The position numbers and the translations under genes were made by a program. DNA of 64,000 bases from an uncultured Acidobacteriota bacterium (GTDB taxonomy: Bacteria; Acidobacteriota; Thermoanaerobaculia; UBA5066; Gp7-AA6): contig CAVXTP010000006.1 in the NCBI GenBank assembly GCA_963764715.1, positions 192,001-256,000 on the forward strand, in the 5' to 3' direction. Numbering within the stretch: the stretch's first letter is position 1; every line of letters begins with the position of its first letter. A model generated the notes under the pieces. The model had not been told where the DNA came from. It saw only the letters and a program-made list of their open reading frames with translations, and ran no database searches. Positions 28,077 to 38,625 of this stretch are shown here, piece after piece.

Positions 28077-31000
28077 ATGATGCCGCCGGTTTCCGATCGC
28101 CCGAGGCTCGGGGAGGAGGACGCCGTCCGCCTCGCGGCCGAGCTCTTCGGCTTCCGGGCGGCCGCCGCCCGGGCGCTGCCGAGCGAACGCGACCAGAACT
28201 TCTACCTCGCCGGCGAGCGCGGCGAATTCGTCCTCAAGCTCGCGGGGCCGTCCGAGAGCGATGCCGTCCTCGACCTGCAGAACCGCGCCCTCGCCTGGAT
28301 CGCCGGGCGGGACCCCTCGCTCCCCGTGCCCCGAGTCGTGGCGGCGTCGGCGGACGGGCGGACGCGGCTTCTCACCTGGCTGCCGGGCGCGATCCTCGCG
28401 GACGCCGCGCCGCGCCACCCGGCGCTCCTCGAGCGGTCCGGGCATCTCCTCGGCCGGCTCGACGCGGCGCTCTCGGGCTTCGCGCACCCGGCGGCCGTCG
28501 GCCGCGACTTCGCCTGGAACCCCGAGCGGGCCACCGACATCATCGCCCGCCACGCCGGGGCGATCGCCGACCCGGCCCGCCGAGCGCTCGTCGAGGCGTT
28601 CGTGCGCCTCTTCGAGTCCACCGTCCGCCCGAGGCTCTCGGAGCTTCCCCGAAGCGTCATCCACAACGACGCCAACGACTACAACCTGCTCGTCGGGCCT
28701 CCGACGGCCGCCCCGGGGGAGCGCGCGCTCACGGGGATCCTCGACTTCGGCGACATGGTCGAGACCTGGACCGTCGGCGAGCCCGCGGTCGCCGTGGCCT
28801 ACGCCGTCTTCGGCCAGGCGGACCCCCTGGCGGCCGCCGAGCACGTCGTCGCCGGCTATCACGCGGCCCGGCCGCTTTCGGACCCGGAGATCGAGGTCCT
28901 CTGGACGCTCGCCGCCCTCCGCCTGTGCACCAGCGTCTGCCTGTCGGCGCACCGCCGCACGGCCCAGCCCGACAACGCGTATCTCCTCGTCAGCGAAACC
29001 CCGGCCTGGGAGGCGCTCGCGCGCATTCGCGACGTGCACCCCCGCTTCGCGCACTACGCGCTCCGGAACGCCTGCGGGCGGACGCCCTGTCCGCGGACGC
29101 CCGCGATCGAGGCGTGGCTCGCCGGGCACCGGGACGAGATGGCGCCCGTCGTCGCCGCCGACCTCGCGCGGGCCGTCGTCTTCGACCTCTCGGTCTCGAG
29201 CGCCGAGTTCCGGACGCCGGAGGAGCCCCTTTCGACCGCGACGATGACGCCCCGCCTCTTCACGCGGATGCGCGAGAGCGGCACGAACGTCGGGATCGGC
29301 CGTTACGACGAGGCGCGGCTCGTCTACGGGGGCGACGCCTTCGCCGGGGCGGGGGGCGAGCACCCCGAGCGGCGCACCGTGCACATCGCGGTCGACATCT
29401 TCATGGAGCCGGGGTCGCCCGTCTTCGCGCCGCTCCCGGGACGCGTGCACGCCGTCCGCGACAATTCGGCGCGGTTCGACTACGGGCCGACCGTGATCCT
29501 GGAGCATTCCCCCGCGGACGCGCCCCGCTTCTACACGCTCTACGGCCATCTCACGCCGGACTCGATCCGGACGCTCCCGGCCGGCGCGCCCGTCGCGAAG
29601 GGACAGCGCATCGGAGCGATCGGCGGGCCGCCCGGCAACGGCGACTGGCCGCCCCACGTCCACTTCCAGATCGTCACCGACATGCTGGACCGCGACGGCG
29701 ACTTCAACGGCGTCGGCGCGGCGAGCGAGCGCGCGGTCTGGCTTTCGCTCTGTCCCGACCCCAATCTCATCCTGGGCCTCCCCGGCTCTCCGTTCCGCGC
29801 GCCCGCCGCGGACCCGGGCCGCGTCCGCGACGCGCGGAGGCGCCGCCTCGGCCCGTCGCTCTCGCTCGCCTACCGCGCGCCGCTCGAGATCGTCCGCGGG
29901 GCGGGGACGTTTCTCTACGACCACACGGGCCGCGCGTTTCTCGACATGGTCAACAACGTCGCCCACGTGGGCCACTCCCACCCCCGGGTCGTCGAGGCCG
30001 GGCGGCGGCAGATGACGGTCCTGAACACGAACACCCGCTACCTCCATCCCTCGATCGTCCGCTACGCGGAACGCCTGTCCGACACCCTCCCGGTGCCCCT
30101 CTCCGTGTGCTTCTTCGTGTGCTCGGGCAGCGAAGCCAACGAGCTGGCGCTGCGGCTCGCCCGCGCCCGGACGGGCCGGCGCGGGGTCGTCGTCGTCGAC
30201 GGCGCGTACCACGGCAACACCCAGGCGCTCGTCGACGTCAGCCCCTACAAGTTCGACGGGCCGGGCGGCAGCGGCCGGCCGCCACACGTGCGGGTCGTCC
30301 CGATGCCCGACGACTACCGGGGCCTCTATCGGCGCGAAGACCCGGCGCGCGGGGAGAAATTCGCCGAGCACGTCGCGCAGGCCGCGGCTTCGCTCGACGG
30401 GAACGCGGCGGCCTTCCTCTGCGAGAGCCTCCTGTCGTGCGGAGGCCAGGTCGAGCTGCCGCCCGGGTACCTCGCCTCCGCCTACCGGCACGCGCGCGGC
30501 GCCGGCGCCGTCTGCATCGCCGACGAGGTGCAGGTCGGCTTCGGCCGCGTCGGGACCCGCTTCTGGGGCTTCGAGACGCAGGGCGTCGTTCCGGACATCG
30601 TGACGATGGGCAAGCCGATCGGCAACGGGCATCCGCTCGCGGCCGTCGTCACCACGCCCGAGATCGCGGCCGCGTTCGCCAACGGGATGGAGTACTTCAA
30701 CACGTTCGGCGGCAACCCGGTCTCCTGCGAGATCGGCCTCGCGGTCCTCGACGTGATCCGGGACGAGCGTCTGCAGGAACGGGCCCTGCGCGTGGGCGGG
30801 ATTCTGCGCTCGGGCCTCGACCGGCTCGTCGAGCGGCACGCCGCGGTCGGCGACGCGCGCGGGCTCGGCCTCTTCCTCGGCATCGAGCTCGTCGAAGACC
30901 GGGCCGCGCGGACTCCGGCCGCCGCCCGGGCCGGCTACGTGGTCGAGCGCATGAAGGACCACGGCATCCTCCTCTCGACCGACGGGCCCGACCACAACGT

Positions 31001-31103
31001 GATCAAGATGAAGCCGCCGCTGTCCTTCGGCGAGGAGGACGCCGCCCGCGTCCTCGCCGCCTACGACCGGGTGCTCTCGGAGGACTTCGCGAGGCTCGGG
31101 TGA
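28077..31103 (+). CDS. fusion: APH-like kinase + M23 peptidase-like domain + class III aminotransferase/phospho-lyase
   Basis: HNDANDYN and DFGD kinase motifs; HIAVD, YGHL and HVH M23 motifs; [20 protein letters not shown]. Confidence 0.88.
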   Translation: MMPPVSDRPRLGEEDAVRLAAELFGFRAAAARALPSERDQNFYLAGERGEFVLKLAGPSESDAVLDLQNRALAWIAGRDPSLPVPRVVAASADGRTRLLTWLPGAILADAAPRHPALLERSGHLLGRLDAALSGFAHPAAVGRDFAWNPERATDIIARHAGAIADPARRALVEAFVRLFESTVRPRLSELPRSVIHNDANDYNLLVGPPTAAPGERALTGILDFGDMVETWTVGEPAVAVAYAVFGQADPLAAAEHVVAGYHAARPLSDPEIEVLWTLAALRLCTSVCLSAHRRTAQPDNAYLLVSETPAWEALARIRDVHPRFAHYALRNACGRTPCPRTPAIEAWLAGHRDEMAPVVAADLARAVVFDLSVSSAEFRTPEEPLSTATMTPRLFTRMRESGTNVGIGRYDEARLVYGGDAFAGAGGEHPERRTVHIAVDIFMEPGSPVFAPLPGRVHAVRDNSARFDYGPTVILEHSPADAPRFYTLYGHLTPDSIRTLPAGAPVAKGQRIGAIGGPPGNGDWPPHVHFQIVTDMLDRDGDFNGVGAASERAVWLSLCPDPNLILGLPGSPFRAPAADPGRVRDARRRRLGPSLSLAYRAPLEIVRGAGTFLYDHTGRAFLDMVNNVAHVGHSHPRVVEAGRRQMTVLNTNTRYLHPSIVRYAERLSDTLPVPLSVCFFVCSGSEANELALRLARARTGRRGVVVVDGAYHGNTQALVDVSPYKFDGPGGSGRPPHVRVVPMPDDYRGLYRREDPARGEKFAEHVAQAAASLDGNAAAFLCESLLSCGGQVELPPGYLASAYRHARGAGAVCIADEVQVGFGRVGTRFWGFETQGVVPDIVTMGKPIGNGHPLAAVVTTPEIAAAFANGMEYFNTFGGNPVSCEIGLAVLDVIRDERLQERALRVGGILRSGLDRLVERHAAVGDARGLGLFLGIELVEDRAARTPAAARAGYVVERMKDHGILLSTDGPDHNVIKMKPPLSFGEEDAARVLAAYDRVLSEDFARLG

Positions 31104-31134
31104 ATCGGGCGCCCCCGGTCCCCGCCGCCGGGCC

Positions 31135-32481
31135 CTAGAGCCGGACCACCGCGGGCCCCGGCCGCGTCGTGAAGAAGCGGGAGCGCACGGTGGGGTTCGG
31201 GAAGGCCGCCGCGTACGCCTCGCCCCAGCGCTTGCGGAAGGCGTCGGCCTCCTCGCTGCGGACGATCGCCCAGACGCTGCCGCCGAAGCCGCCGCCGAAC
31301 GCCGACGCAGCGGCGGCCCCGAGCGCGCGCGCCGAGCGTTGCAGCGCCACGGTCTCGGGCACCTGGTTGGCGAGGCACATCTCGGCGAGCTCCTGCGACC
31401 GGTCGACGAGCTCGCCGATCGGCACGACGTCCTGGCGCGCGAGCCAGGCCGCGACGCCCGGAATGAGCACGGTCGATTCTTCGAAAAACTGGTCGAACCG
31501 CCCCGTCAGCTCCTCGGGCGCGAACCCCTCGACCGGGATGACCCGCAGCAGGTTGCGGATCCGGTCGGGGGCGTCGTACACGGAGGTCGCCGCGTCGAAG
31601 AGGCTCGCATCCTCGCGGCGGGCCGAACGGTTCCAGAGCTCGAGGATGGCGGTGACCGCCAGGGAGAGCCGGTTGTACCGGTCTTTCACGGCCCCGGTCT
31701 TGTCGGAGGCCACGCCGCTCGACGCGACGACGAAGGACCAGCCGTCGGGCATCGGGATCGTGCGCTCGCGGCGCACCGGACAGAAGGCGTACTGCGCGAG
31801 CTCCCCCGGGCGGCTGCAGAGGATCGCGGTCTGGTCCTCGCTGCCGCCGAAGGTCCCCACGCCGTGCTCCCCCGCGAGGGACCCGAAGCCGCGCCCGTTC
31901 TCGAGGGCGCCGAGGTAGCCCCCGAGCTCCTCGGCCGACCGGATCTCCGCCGAGTACTCGGCCCGGGAAGGCAGGTCGTTGACTTCGGACAGGACCGAGA
32001 AGAGCGTCACGACGAGGGCGCTCGAGCTCGACAGTCCCGACGCCCGGGGCAGGTCGCTCGCGAGGACGACGTCGGCGCCGCGCAGCCGTCCCGGAAAGTT
32101 GCGCGCCAGTCGGGCGGCGACCGTCTCGACGTAGACCCTCCAGCCCGTCGCGGTGGGAACGAGCGTCGGATCGAGCGGCACCTCCACCTCGAGACGCCGG
32201 ACCGCGTCGACGACCCGCAGGATGCGGTCGTCCCGCGGGGAGGCCGCGGCGCAGAAACCCCGGCCGACCGTGCAGAGGAGGCTCCGCCCGCCGGCGTAGT
32301 CGGTGTGCTTGCCGAGGATCTCGATCCGGCCCGGCACGAACCAGCGCGCGGACGGGCCGGAGGGACGGACCGCCGTGCGAAACGCGGCGTCCACCTGCTC
32401 GAAGAGCTCGCGCTTGCGCCGGGCCTCGGCGGGCGTCAGCCCGGCGGCGGCGAGCCGCTCGTCGATCGCGACGCCGCTCAC
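31135..32481 (-). CDS. GHMP-family galactokinase-like sugar kinase (variant)
   Basis: PGRIEILGKHTDY, PRASGLSSSS, GSEDQ, GGGFGG. Confidence 0.85.
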   Translation of the reverse strand: MSGVAIDERLAAAGLTPAEARRKRELFEQVDAAFRTAVRPSGPSARWFVPGRIEILGKHTDYAGGRSLLCTVGRGFCAAASPRDDRILRVVDAVRRLEVEVPLDPTLVPTATGWRVYVETVAARLARNFPGRLRGADVVLASDLPRASGLSSSSALVVTLFSVLSEVNDLPSRAEYSAEIRSAEELGGYLGALENGRGFGSLAGEHGVGTFGGSEDQTAILCSRPGELAQYAFCPVRRERTIPMPDGWSFVVASSGVASDKTGAVKDRYNRLSLAVTAILELWNRSARREDASLFDAATSVYDAPDRIRNLLRVIPVEGFAPEELTGRFDQFFEESTVLIPGVAAWLARQDVVPIGELVDRSQELAEMCLANQVPETVALQRSARALGAAAASAFGGGFGGSVWAIVRSEEADAFRKRWGEAYAAAFPNPTVRSRFFTTRPGPAVVRL

Positions 32482-33287
32482 GGCCGCGGCTCCGTGCCCG
32501 CCAGACGCCGCTCGACCTCGGCGACGTCGGCGCGGGTCGAGAGGTCGAGCACGCCCTCCTCACAGGGAACCGTTCGGAATCGCTCGCCGCGGGCGATCGC
32601 CCAGGCGACGGCCTGCGGAAGCTCGCGTTCGCCGCGCGCCGAGACCGGCACGCGCCGGCAGGCCTCGAAGATCGAGGGCGCAAAGCGCCAGAGGTTCATG
32701 CTGAGGAGGACCCGGCCCCGGGCCTGACCCGCGTCCGGGGCCTTCTCGACGATGCTCCGCAGGAATCCGACCGGCCCCACGTCGAGGACCGCGAAGGCGT
32801 CGACCCGCTCCCGCGTGAAGTTGCTCCGGGCGAGGAGGCTCTCGCGCTCGAAGACCGGAAGGCCCGGGCCCGGGAGCTCGACGAGCGCGCGCACGGCGGA
32901 GGCCGGATAGAGATTGTCGGAGTTGAGCGCGAGCAGGTCCTCCCCCGCGGCGAACGCCTCCGCCGCCAGGAGCGCGTCGGCGCTGCCGGCCGGCTCCGCC
33001 TGTTCGGCGAGCTCCACGCGGACGCGGCCGCGCACCTTCGAATAGCGCTGCCGGAGGCCCCCGCCGCCTTTCGGTGCGACGAGGCAGGCGTCCTCGACGC
33101 CCGCGTCCGCGAGCACCGACAGGACGTAGTCGAGGAACGGCCGTCCACGGATCGGCATCAGGCCCTTCCAGCCGCGGTCTGCCGCGTCCGCCTGCTCCGC
33201 CGTCAGGCGCGCGGCAGGGTCGGGCCGGCGCATCCGCGTGCCGCGCCCGGCGGCGAGAACGACGGCCTTCCTCGGGCGTCCGGTCAT
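32478..33287 (-). CDS. sugar-1-phosphate nucleotidyltransferase
   Basis: ATG 33287 overlaps the upstream stop; LAAGRGTRM, KGLMPI, Q..P.GSADA, NSDN, SARGERELP. Confidence 0.85.
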   Translation of the reverse strand: MTGRPRKAVVLAAGRGTRMRRPDPAARLTAEQADAADRGWKGLMPIRGRPFLDYVLSVLADAGVEDACLVAPKGGGGLRQRYSKVRGRVRVELAEQAEPAGSADALLAAEAFAAGEDLLALNSDNLYPASAVRALVELPGPGLPVFERESLLARSNFTRERVDAFAVLDVGPVGFLRSIVEKAPDAGQARGRVLLSMNLWRFAPSIFEACRRVPVSARGERELPQAVAWAIARGERFRTVPCEEGVLDLSTRADVAEVERRLAGTEPRP

Positions 33288-34084
33288 CGCGGACCGGGAG
33301 CCCCGGGCGCCGGGACCTCCCGCACGACGCGAAACCCCAGGCTGAACCCCCGGTCGTCCGGCCGGTGCGTGTACCGGAGCGCCGACCGGGCGCTGTTGGC
33401 GTCGAAGTACCAGGATCCGCCGCGGATGACCTTGCGCGGCGAGCCGCAGGCGCCGACCGGGTCGACCGCGGGGCCTTCGGCGTACGGGCAGAAGTCGTCC
33501 TCGCACCACTCCCACACGTTGCCGTGCATGTCGAGAAGGCCCCACGGGTTGGGAGGGAACGCGCCCGCGGGCGTCGTCCGGGCGCGGAAGAGCCCCGGCG
33601 GCGCCCCGGCGTACGGATACCGGCCGTCGTAGTTGGCCTGCGCCGTCGTCAGGTTCTCGCCGGTCGAGAACGGCGTCGCCGTGCCCGCCCGGCAGGCGTA
33701 CTCCCACTCCGCTTCGGTCGGCAGCCGGAAGACGCCGCCGGAGAGCTCCGACAGGCGCCGCAGGAACCGCCGCACCTCGTGCCAGTTGACCTCCTCGACC
33801 GGGCAGGCCCCGCAATCCCGGAACCGGGACGGCCGCGTGCCCATGACTTTCGACCACTGGTCCTGCGTGACCTCGGAGCGTCCCATCTCGAACGCGCGGC
33901 TGATTCGCACACGGTGCCGATTCTCGCCGGGCTCGCGCCCGCGCTCGTCCTCGGGGCTCCCCATCCAGAACTCCCCCGCCGGGATCCGGACGAGCTCGAT
34001 GCCGGCGACCGGCTCGCGCCGGACGTCCGCCGCCTCCGCGGAAGGCGCGCGGAGGCCGGCCGCGAGGACCGCGACGGCGATCAC
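33284..34084 (-). CDS. FGE-sulfatase/SUMF1-fold protein, probably exported and lacking the FGE catalytic Cys pair
   Basis: GTG start at 34084; FWMGS, RLPTEAEWEYAC, NPWGLLDMHGNVWEW, RGGSW, GFRVV. Confidence 0.85.
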   Translation of the reverse strand: MIAVAVLAAGLRAPSAEAADVRREPVAGIELVRIPAGEFWMGSPEDERGREPGENRHRVRISRAFEMGRSEVTQDQWSKVMGTRPSRFRDCGACPVEEVNWHEVRRFLRRLSELSGGVFRLPTEAEWEYACRAGTATPFSTGENLTTAQANYDGRYPYAGAPPGLFRARTTPAGAFPPNPWGLLDMHGNVWEWCEDDFCPYAEGPAVDPVGACGSPRKVIRGGSWYFDANSARSALRYTHRPDDRGFSLGFRVVREVPAPGAPGPR

Positions 34085-34437
34085 TTCGCGTAAGCGCCGG
34101 CCCCGAGGAGGTGGATCGAGACGTAGGGCCGATCTCCGACGACCCAGCTGTCGTGCGGCACGGCCGGGACGTGGAAAAGCGAGCCCTCCGTCAGCTCGAT
34201 CACGCGTCCGTCCTCGAAGGCGACGGTCGCCGTCCCCGACACGACGAGCCCGACGTGCTCGACGAGGCAGCGCGCGGCGCCGACCACGGGGCCGACGTGC
34301 TCCGACCAGCGCCAGCCGGGCTCGTACGTGGCCCGGCCCACCGTCATGCCGCCGATCGAGACGAGCTCGAGGCGGCCCTTCTCGAAAACGCGCGTCTCGT
34401 CGGGCGTCTCGAACCGTTTCCGGACGACGTCGTCCAT
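34081..34437 (-). CDS. small cupin-domain protein
   Basis: EPGWRWSEHV, C..EH.G, PHDSWVVGD. Confidence 0.8.
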   Translation of the reverse strand: MDDVVRKRFETPDETRVFEKGRLELVSIGGMTVGRATYEPGWRWSEHVGPVVGAARCLVEHVGLVVSGTATVAFEDGRVIELTEGSLFHVPAVPHDSWVVGDRPYVSIHLLGAGAYAK

Positions 34438-34440
34438 CCC

Positions 34441-35454
34441 TCAACCTCCCAGAATGGCGTAACGGAGGCCTTCACCGCGCCGCTGCGCCTCGAGAAAGCG
34501 CGGAACGTCCGCCAGGGTTCCGCGCGCCGTGACGAGGGGGCGCGGATCGATCTCGCCGGCGGCGAGCGCGTCGAGCGCGGCGCGGGCCTCGGTCGGCGTG
34601 TAGTGAAACGAACCGGTCAGCGAGATCTCGGCGTAGTGAAGGCGCGCGGCGTCGAAACGCACCGACGTGCCGGGCGCGCAGCCGCCGAAGAGGAGGGCCT
34701 GGCCTCCCGGACGCACGAGCTCCGGAAGGAGCTCCCAGACTCCGCCGTCTCCCGTGCAGTCCACCGCGATGTCGGGAGGCCCGCCGGACTCGGAGACGAG
34801 GGCCTCGGGCCCCTGCCGCGACCGGTCGACGTACCGTACCCCGAACCGCGCCGCGATGGCCGCACGCTCCGGGCGTCTCCCCGCGACGAGGACTTCGAGC
34901 CCGTGCCGGCGGGCGACGGCGGCCCACAGGAACGCCAGGGCCCCGGCGCCGTAAACGAGGAGCGTTCCGGACGGCGCGCGCAGGCGGTTCCAGCCGTGCA
35001 GGACCGAAGCCAGCGGATCCAGGAACGCCGCGACCTCGTCGTCGAGGCCGTCGGGGATGCGGTGCAGGTTCGCCGCGACCACGCCCGCGGGGATCCGGAC
35101 GTGCTCGGCGAACGCTCCCCAGGCCCGGTCGGCGTGCCCCGCCGCGCAGAGGTTCGCGCGGCCCCCGTGGCAGTCGGCGCAGCGGCCGCAGGGTCCGGAG
35201 ATCCCCGGAACCACGCGCTCCCCGACCTTCCAGGCGGTGACCTCCGGTCCCACCGCCGCGATCTCGCCCGCGACCTCGTGGCCCATCGTCAGAGGGAGCC
35301 CGATGCGCGGGTGGCCGCGCGCGAGAATCTTGAGATCCGTGCCGCAGGTCAGCGCAGCGCGCATCCGCAGGACGACTTCGCCCCGGCCGGGGGCGGGAGG
35401 GTCGAGAGCCTTCTCTTCGTAACTCCCGATGCTGGTCTGCACGAAGCCGCGCAT
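34441..35454 (-). CDS. zinc-dependent medium-chain dehydrogenase (second homologue)
   Basis: LTCGTDLK, GHE, CGRCADC..G..NLC, YGAG; start placed at MRGFVQ. Confidence 0.87.
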   Translation of the reverse strand: MRGFVQTSIGSYEEKALDPPAPGRGEVVLRMRAALTCGTDLKILARGHPRIGLPLTMGHEVAGEIAAVGPEVTAWKVGERVVPGISGPCGRCADCHGGRANLCAAGHADRAWGAFAEHVRIPAGVVAANLHRIPDGLDDEVAAFLDPLASVLHGWNRLRAPSGTLLVYGAGALAFLWAAVARRHGLEVLVAGRRPERAAIAARFGVRYVDRSRQGPEALVSESGGPPDIAVDCTGDGGVWELLPELVRPGGQALLFGGCAPGTSVRFDAARLHYAEISLTGSFHYTPTEARAALDALAAGEIDPRPLVTARGTLADVPRFLEAQRRGEGLRYAILGG

Positions 35455-35493
35455 GGATCGGGCTTCACATATCACGATCGCCGAAGGGAATAG

Positions 35494-35519
35494 AAAAGGG
35501 GCGCCCTCGCGGGCGCCCC
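35494..35519 (-). terminator. intrinsic terminator after M4 peptidase copy 1
   Basis: Minus strand GGGGCGCCC-GCGA-GGGCGCCCC-TTTT. Confidence 0.8.
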
Positions 35520-35541
35520 GAAGAGATCCGAAGAACGAAGC

Positions 35542-38355
35542 CTACCGGCAGCGGAACACGGACACATCGTCGACGTACCAGCCGGTCCGCCCGCCGCAGC
35601 TGTCCTGACCCTGGTCGAAGCGAAGCTGGATGGTGTCGCCGGCGTGGGCGTACGGCGCGAGGTTGATGATCGAACGGCTCCAGGTGCCGCCCGTCGATCC
35701 GTCGTCCTCACCCGCGAACGCGGTCTGACCCGCCAGCGGGTCGCTGTTGAACGTGGCCGGGAAGAGCCGCTCGGTGTAGCCGTTGTAGATGAAATCGGCG
35801 TTCGCGATGAGCGTCCACGCGCCGCCGTTCACGCTGATCCTGACGTTGCCGCCGTCGAAACCCGGTTCCGTCGCGAACCAGTGCACGAACGTCAGCCGCG
35901 GGCTCGTGGCGCTGGAGGGCAGCGTGATGAGCGGGCTGTCCAGGTGCCGCACGACCGTCTGATCCGAGAACGTGTAGGCGTTGCAGGTGTAGTCCTTGTC
36001 GGGAGCGAAGAACGCCTGGCCCGGGCGGTCGTCCGGCAGATTGCCGACGATCTCCCACTCGGTGCCGTCGAAGTCGGGCGTCGTGCCCGCGTGGCTGATC
36101 GTCCAGCCCTGGCCGGCCTTGGCGGGATGGTCGAAGTTCTCGTCGTAGATGCCGGCCGCATGGCCACCCGGGCAAAGGGCCGGCGGATTCTGGCCGAGCT
36201 GCGGCGGATCGAAGTCGCACGGGGGCTCCGCCCGCATCTCGACGGCCTTCATGGCCTTCCTGACCTGTTGAATGTCATTGCCGGTGATCTTCTCGTTCGT
36301 GAGCGCGCCGGTGACCAGGTCCCGGAGCTTCTGGCCGAGCAGATCGTGGGCCGACTGCTCGATGGCGTCGGCGTGGTCTGCGAAATCGGTCGACGGAACC
36401 TGGTAGACGCTCATCGCCCGGAAGTAGATGTGCGCCGCCTTCGTCAGGCCGATGCCCGTGATCGTCTGGCCGTTGTACGTCCCGCCATCGACCAGGAGCG
36501 CGTAGGCGTGGTTGGGGATGCCCGAGTTGGTGTGCACGCCGCCGCTGTCGTTGGCGAGGTCGCACACGTACTCGAACGCATCCGAGACCTTGCCGGGGTT
36601 GCCGAAGCAGCGGGGATTCCACATGTCGCGGAGCGCGCCGAAGAGGTCTGGACTCGTGTCGTCCTCGCCGATCAACCAGCGCGCCGACTCGTCGGTGCCG
36701 ACCTGGAACGTGAGGGTCGCCTGGGCCGGCAGCCCGGCCTTGATCGCCTCGCCGTCGGCGTGGGTGACCTCGACGGTGGCGATCGCCGCGCTCCCGGTCA
36801 GGCCGAGGAGGCCGGCGGCGGGGCCCACGAAAATGACCCCGGTCGCTCCGGCGTTGAAGGCATTCGTGGACCGGGCCACCGAGCCGCACTCGTTGTTGCC
36901 GTCGGGGAGGAGCGTCCAGTCGATGATGGCGATCTTTCCGGAGACGCCACTGACGGCGCCACAGGCGCCGGTCGGTTGGAAGGGCGCCGTCGTCGCGGCG
37001 ATCGCCATATCCGTGGGACCGACCGTGAGAGGCAGCGGAGGCTCGAGGACCGAGATGAGACCGGGGTAGGTGCCCGCCGCGCTGCCGCCCGTGATGGTCA
37101 CGGTCGGAGGCGGGACGCCGAAGTACGTGGAGCAGGCGTCGGCGCTGCGCGGCCCGTTCAAGAACGGGAACGCATCGCGGCCGTTGATGCGGTCGATGGT
37201 CTCGCCGAAGATGTCCGAATAGGACTCGTTGAGGGCGCCCGACTGCCATTCGTAGATGAGGCCGTCGGTGTACTCGGTGTAGGCGTGCGTCCACTCGTGG
37301 CCCGTCACGTCGTCCGTCGTGAAGCCGTTGCAGAAGGAGATGAACGCTCCGTTCCACGACGCGTTCGGGCACTGGTAGCCGCGGTTGAAGATCGAGTCCA
37401 GCACGTGGCCGGCGCCGTCATAGGAGTCGCGGCCGAAGGCGTTCTTGTAGAAGTCGTACACCTCTTTGGACGAGGTGATCATGTTGTTGGCTTCAGGGAC
37501 GGCCGTCGGGAAGGGCTGTCCTTCGACCCAGAACGGCGAGCCCGGATACTCCGGCGGAACGACCGGCAGAAACCGGCCGTCGTAGGCGCGCCGGGTCATG
37601 GCGTCGTAGATGCCGGGCAGCCGGTCGACGATCTTGCCCGAGTGCGCGTCGACGTAGATGAACTCGCGCACGTCGACGTCGTTGCTCACCTCGACCTGCC
37701 AGACGAGGTGGTTCGCGCCGGGCGGCCGCGCACCAGACCCGCGCGGTAGACCATGAGGAGACCGGAGCGCGCGGTCAGCGCGGCGGCAGCCCGCATGCTC
37801 GCTGCTCACCATCCGAATGGCGGCGGCGGACGCGTCCGTCGCGGCATAGCTCGGAGTGACGTCGAGGTCGAGGTCCGGGATCAGCGTGCCGTTGACAACG
37901 AGCAGCCGGCCGGCGGAGTCGAAGTGTGTCTTCAGGGTCGCCGCGAAAACGGGCACGCCCCTGTAGAACTGGTGATAACGAAAGTGCCGCCCGCCGAGCG
38001 CGTCGGTTTCCTCGCGCCCGAGCACGAGATCCTTCGAATCCCGTAGACCGAACAATCCGGCATAGCTGCTCATGAAAGCCGCAGCCTTCGACTTCGCTTC
38101 CGCGCCGCCCGAGGCCATCAGGTCCGCTCCCGCGGCGGCGTCGTCCGCCGCCACCGACACGAATCGCGCGACGCCCGTGGCTTTCGAGTAGCTGATCCGA
38201 GAGCGGCCGCCCGTCGCCTTCTGCAGGCGCTCGACGGTGCGCTCGTCGACGTTCCTTCGCTTTCCGTCCACCTTCTCGGCAGCCCGGGCGGAGCCCGAGC
38301 CCGCAAGAAGGAGGACGAAAGCCAGCGCGGAACTGAGGAGACTCAGCTTTCGCAT
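35542..38355 (-). CDS. secreted M4 (thermolysin-like) metallopeptidase with FTP/PepSY propeptide, PA-like insert and C-terminal beta-sandwich
   Basis: Signal peptide; CPNASWNG; GHEWTH; ALNESYSD; GVHTNSGIPNHA; short internal out-of-frame patch near 37720-37790. Confidence 0.9.
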   Translation of the reverse strand: MRKLSLLSSALAFVLLLAGSGSARAAEKVDGKRRNVDERTVERLQKATGGRSRISYSKATGVARFVSVAADDAAAGADLMASGGAEAKSKAAAFMSSYAGLFGLRDSKDLVLGREETDALGGRHFRYHQFYRGVPVFAATLKTHFDSAGRLLVVNGTLIPDLDLDVTPSYAATDASAAAIRMVSSEHAGCRRADRALRSPHGLPRGSGARPPGANHLVWQVEVSNDVDVREFIYVDAHSGKIVDRLPGIYDAMTRRAYDGRFLPVVPPEYPGSPFWVEGQPFPTAVPEANNMITSSKEVYDFYKNAFGRDSYDGAGHVLDSIFNRGYQCPNASWNGAFISFCNGFTTDDVTGHEWTHAYTEYTDGLIYEWQSGALNESYSDIFGETIDRINGRDAFPFLNGPRSADACSTYFGVPPPTVTITGGSAAGTYPGLISVLEPPLPLTVGPTDMAIAATTAPFQPTGACGAVSGVSGKIAIIDWTLLPDGNNECGSVARSTNAFNAGATGVIFVGPAAGLLGLTGSAAIATVEVTHADGEAIKAGLPAQATLTFQVGTDESARWLIGEDDTSPDLFGALRDMWNPRCFGNPGKVSDAFEYVCDLANDSGGVHTNSGIPNHAYALLVDGGTYNGQTITGIGLTKAAHIYFRAMSVYQVPSTDFADHADAIEQSAHDLLGQKLRDLVTGALTNEKITGNDIQQVRKAMKAVEMRAEPPCDFDPPQLGQNPPALCPGGHAAGIYDENFDHPAKAGQGWTISHAGTTPDFDGTEWEIVGNLPDDRPGQAFFAPDKDYTCNAYTFSDQTVVRHLDSPLITLPSSATSPRLTFVHWFATEPGFDGGNVRISVNGGAWTLIANADFIYNGYTERLFPATFNSDPLAGQTAFAGEDDGSTGGTWSRSIINLAPYAHAGDTIQLRFDQGQDSCGGRTGWYVDDVSVFRCR

Positions 38356-38576
38356 TCGAAACCTCCCTTTCGAAAAAAGGAAACGATGATTGCGACGCTC
38401 GATGCGCGGGAGTCTACGGCGCGGAAAAGTGCGCGTCGCGAAATCAATTCTTGTTTTTTGAACGGGAAGTCATCGGAGACGGTCGGGGCCTCCGTAGGAT
38501 CCGCAAGGCATCTCGGCCGACCCGTTCACATCGCGAATGAGCTCGTTGACGCGGAACGAACGGCCGCGAGGCGTCG

Positions 38577-38604
38577 AAAAAAGGGGCGCCCCTGTGGGCG
38601 CCCC
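38577..38604 (-). terminator. intrinsic terminator after M4 peptidase copy 2 (same stem as 35494-35519)
   Basis: Minus strand GGGGCGCCC-ACAG-GGGCGCCCC-TTTTTT. Confidence 0.82.
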
Positions 38605-38625
38605 TGGTTCGAATCTCTTACGGGA

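Noticed and set aside
33284-34084. True formylglycine-generating enzyme / sulfatase maturation system
   Set aside because: Lacks the catalytic Cys pair after RGGS (reads RGGSWYFDANSARS), and there is no sulfatase nearby.
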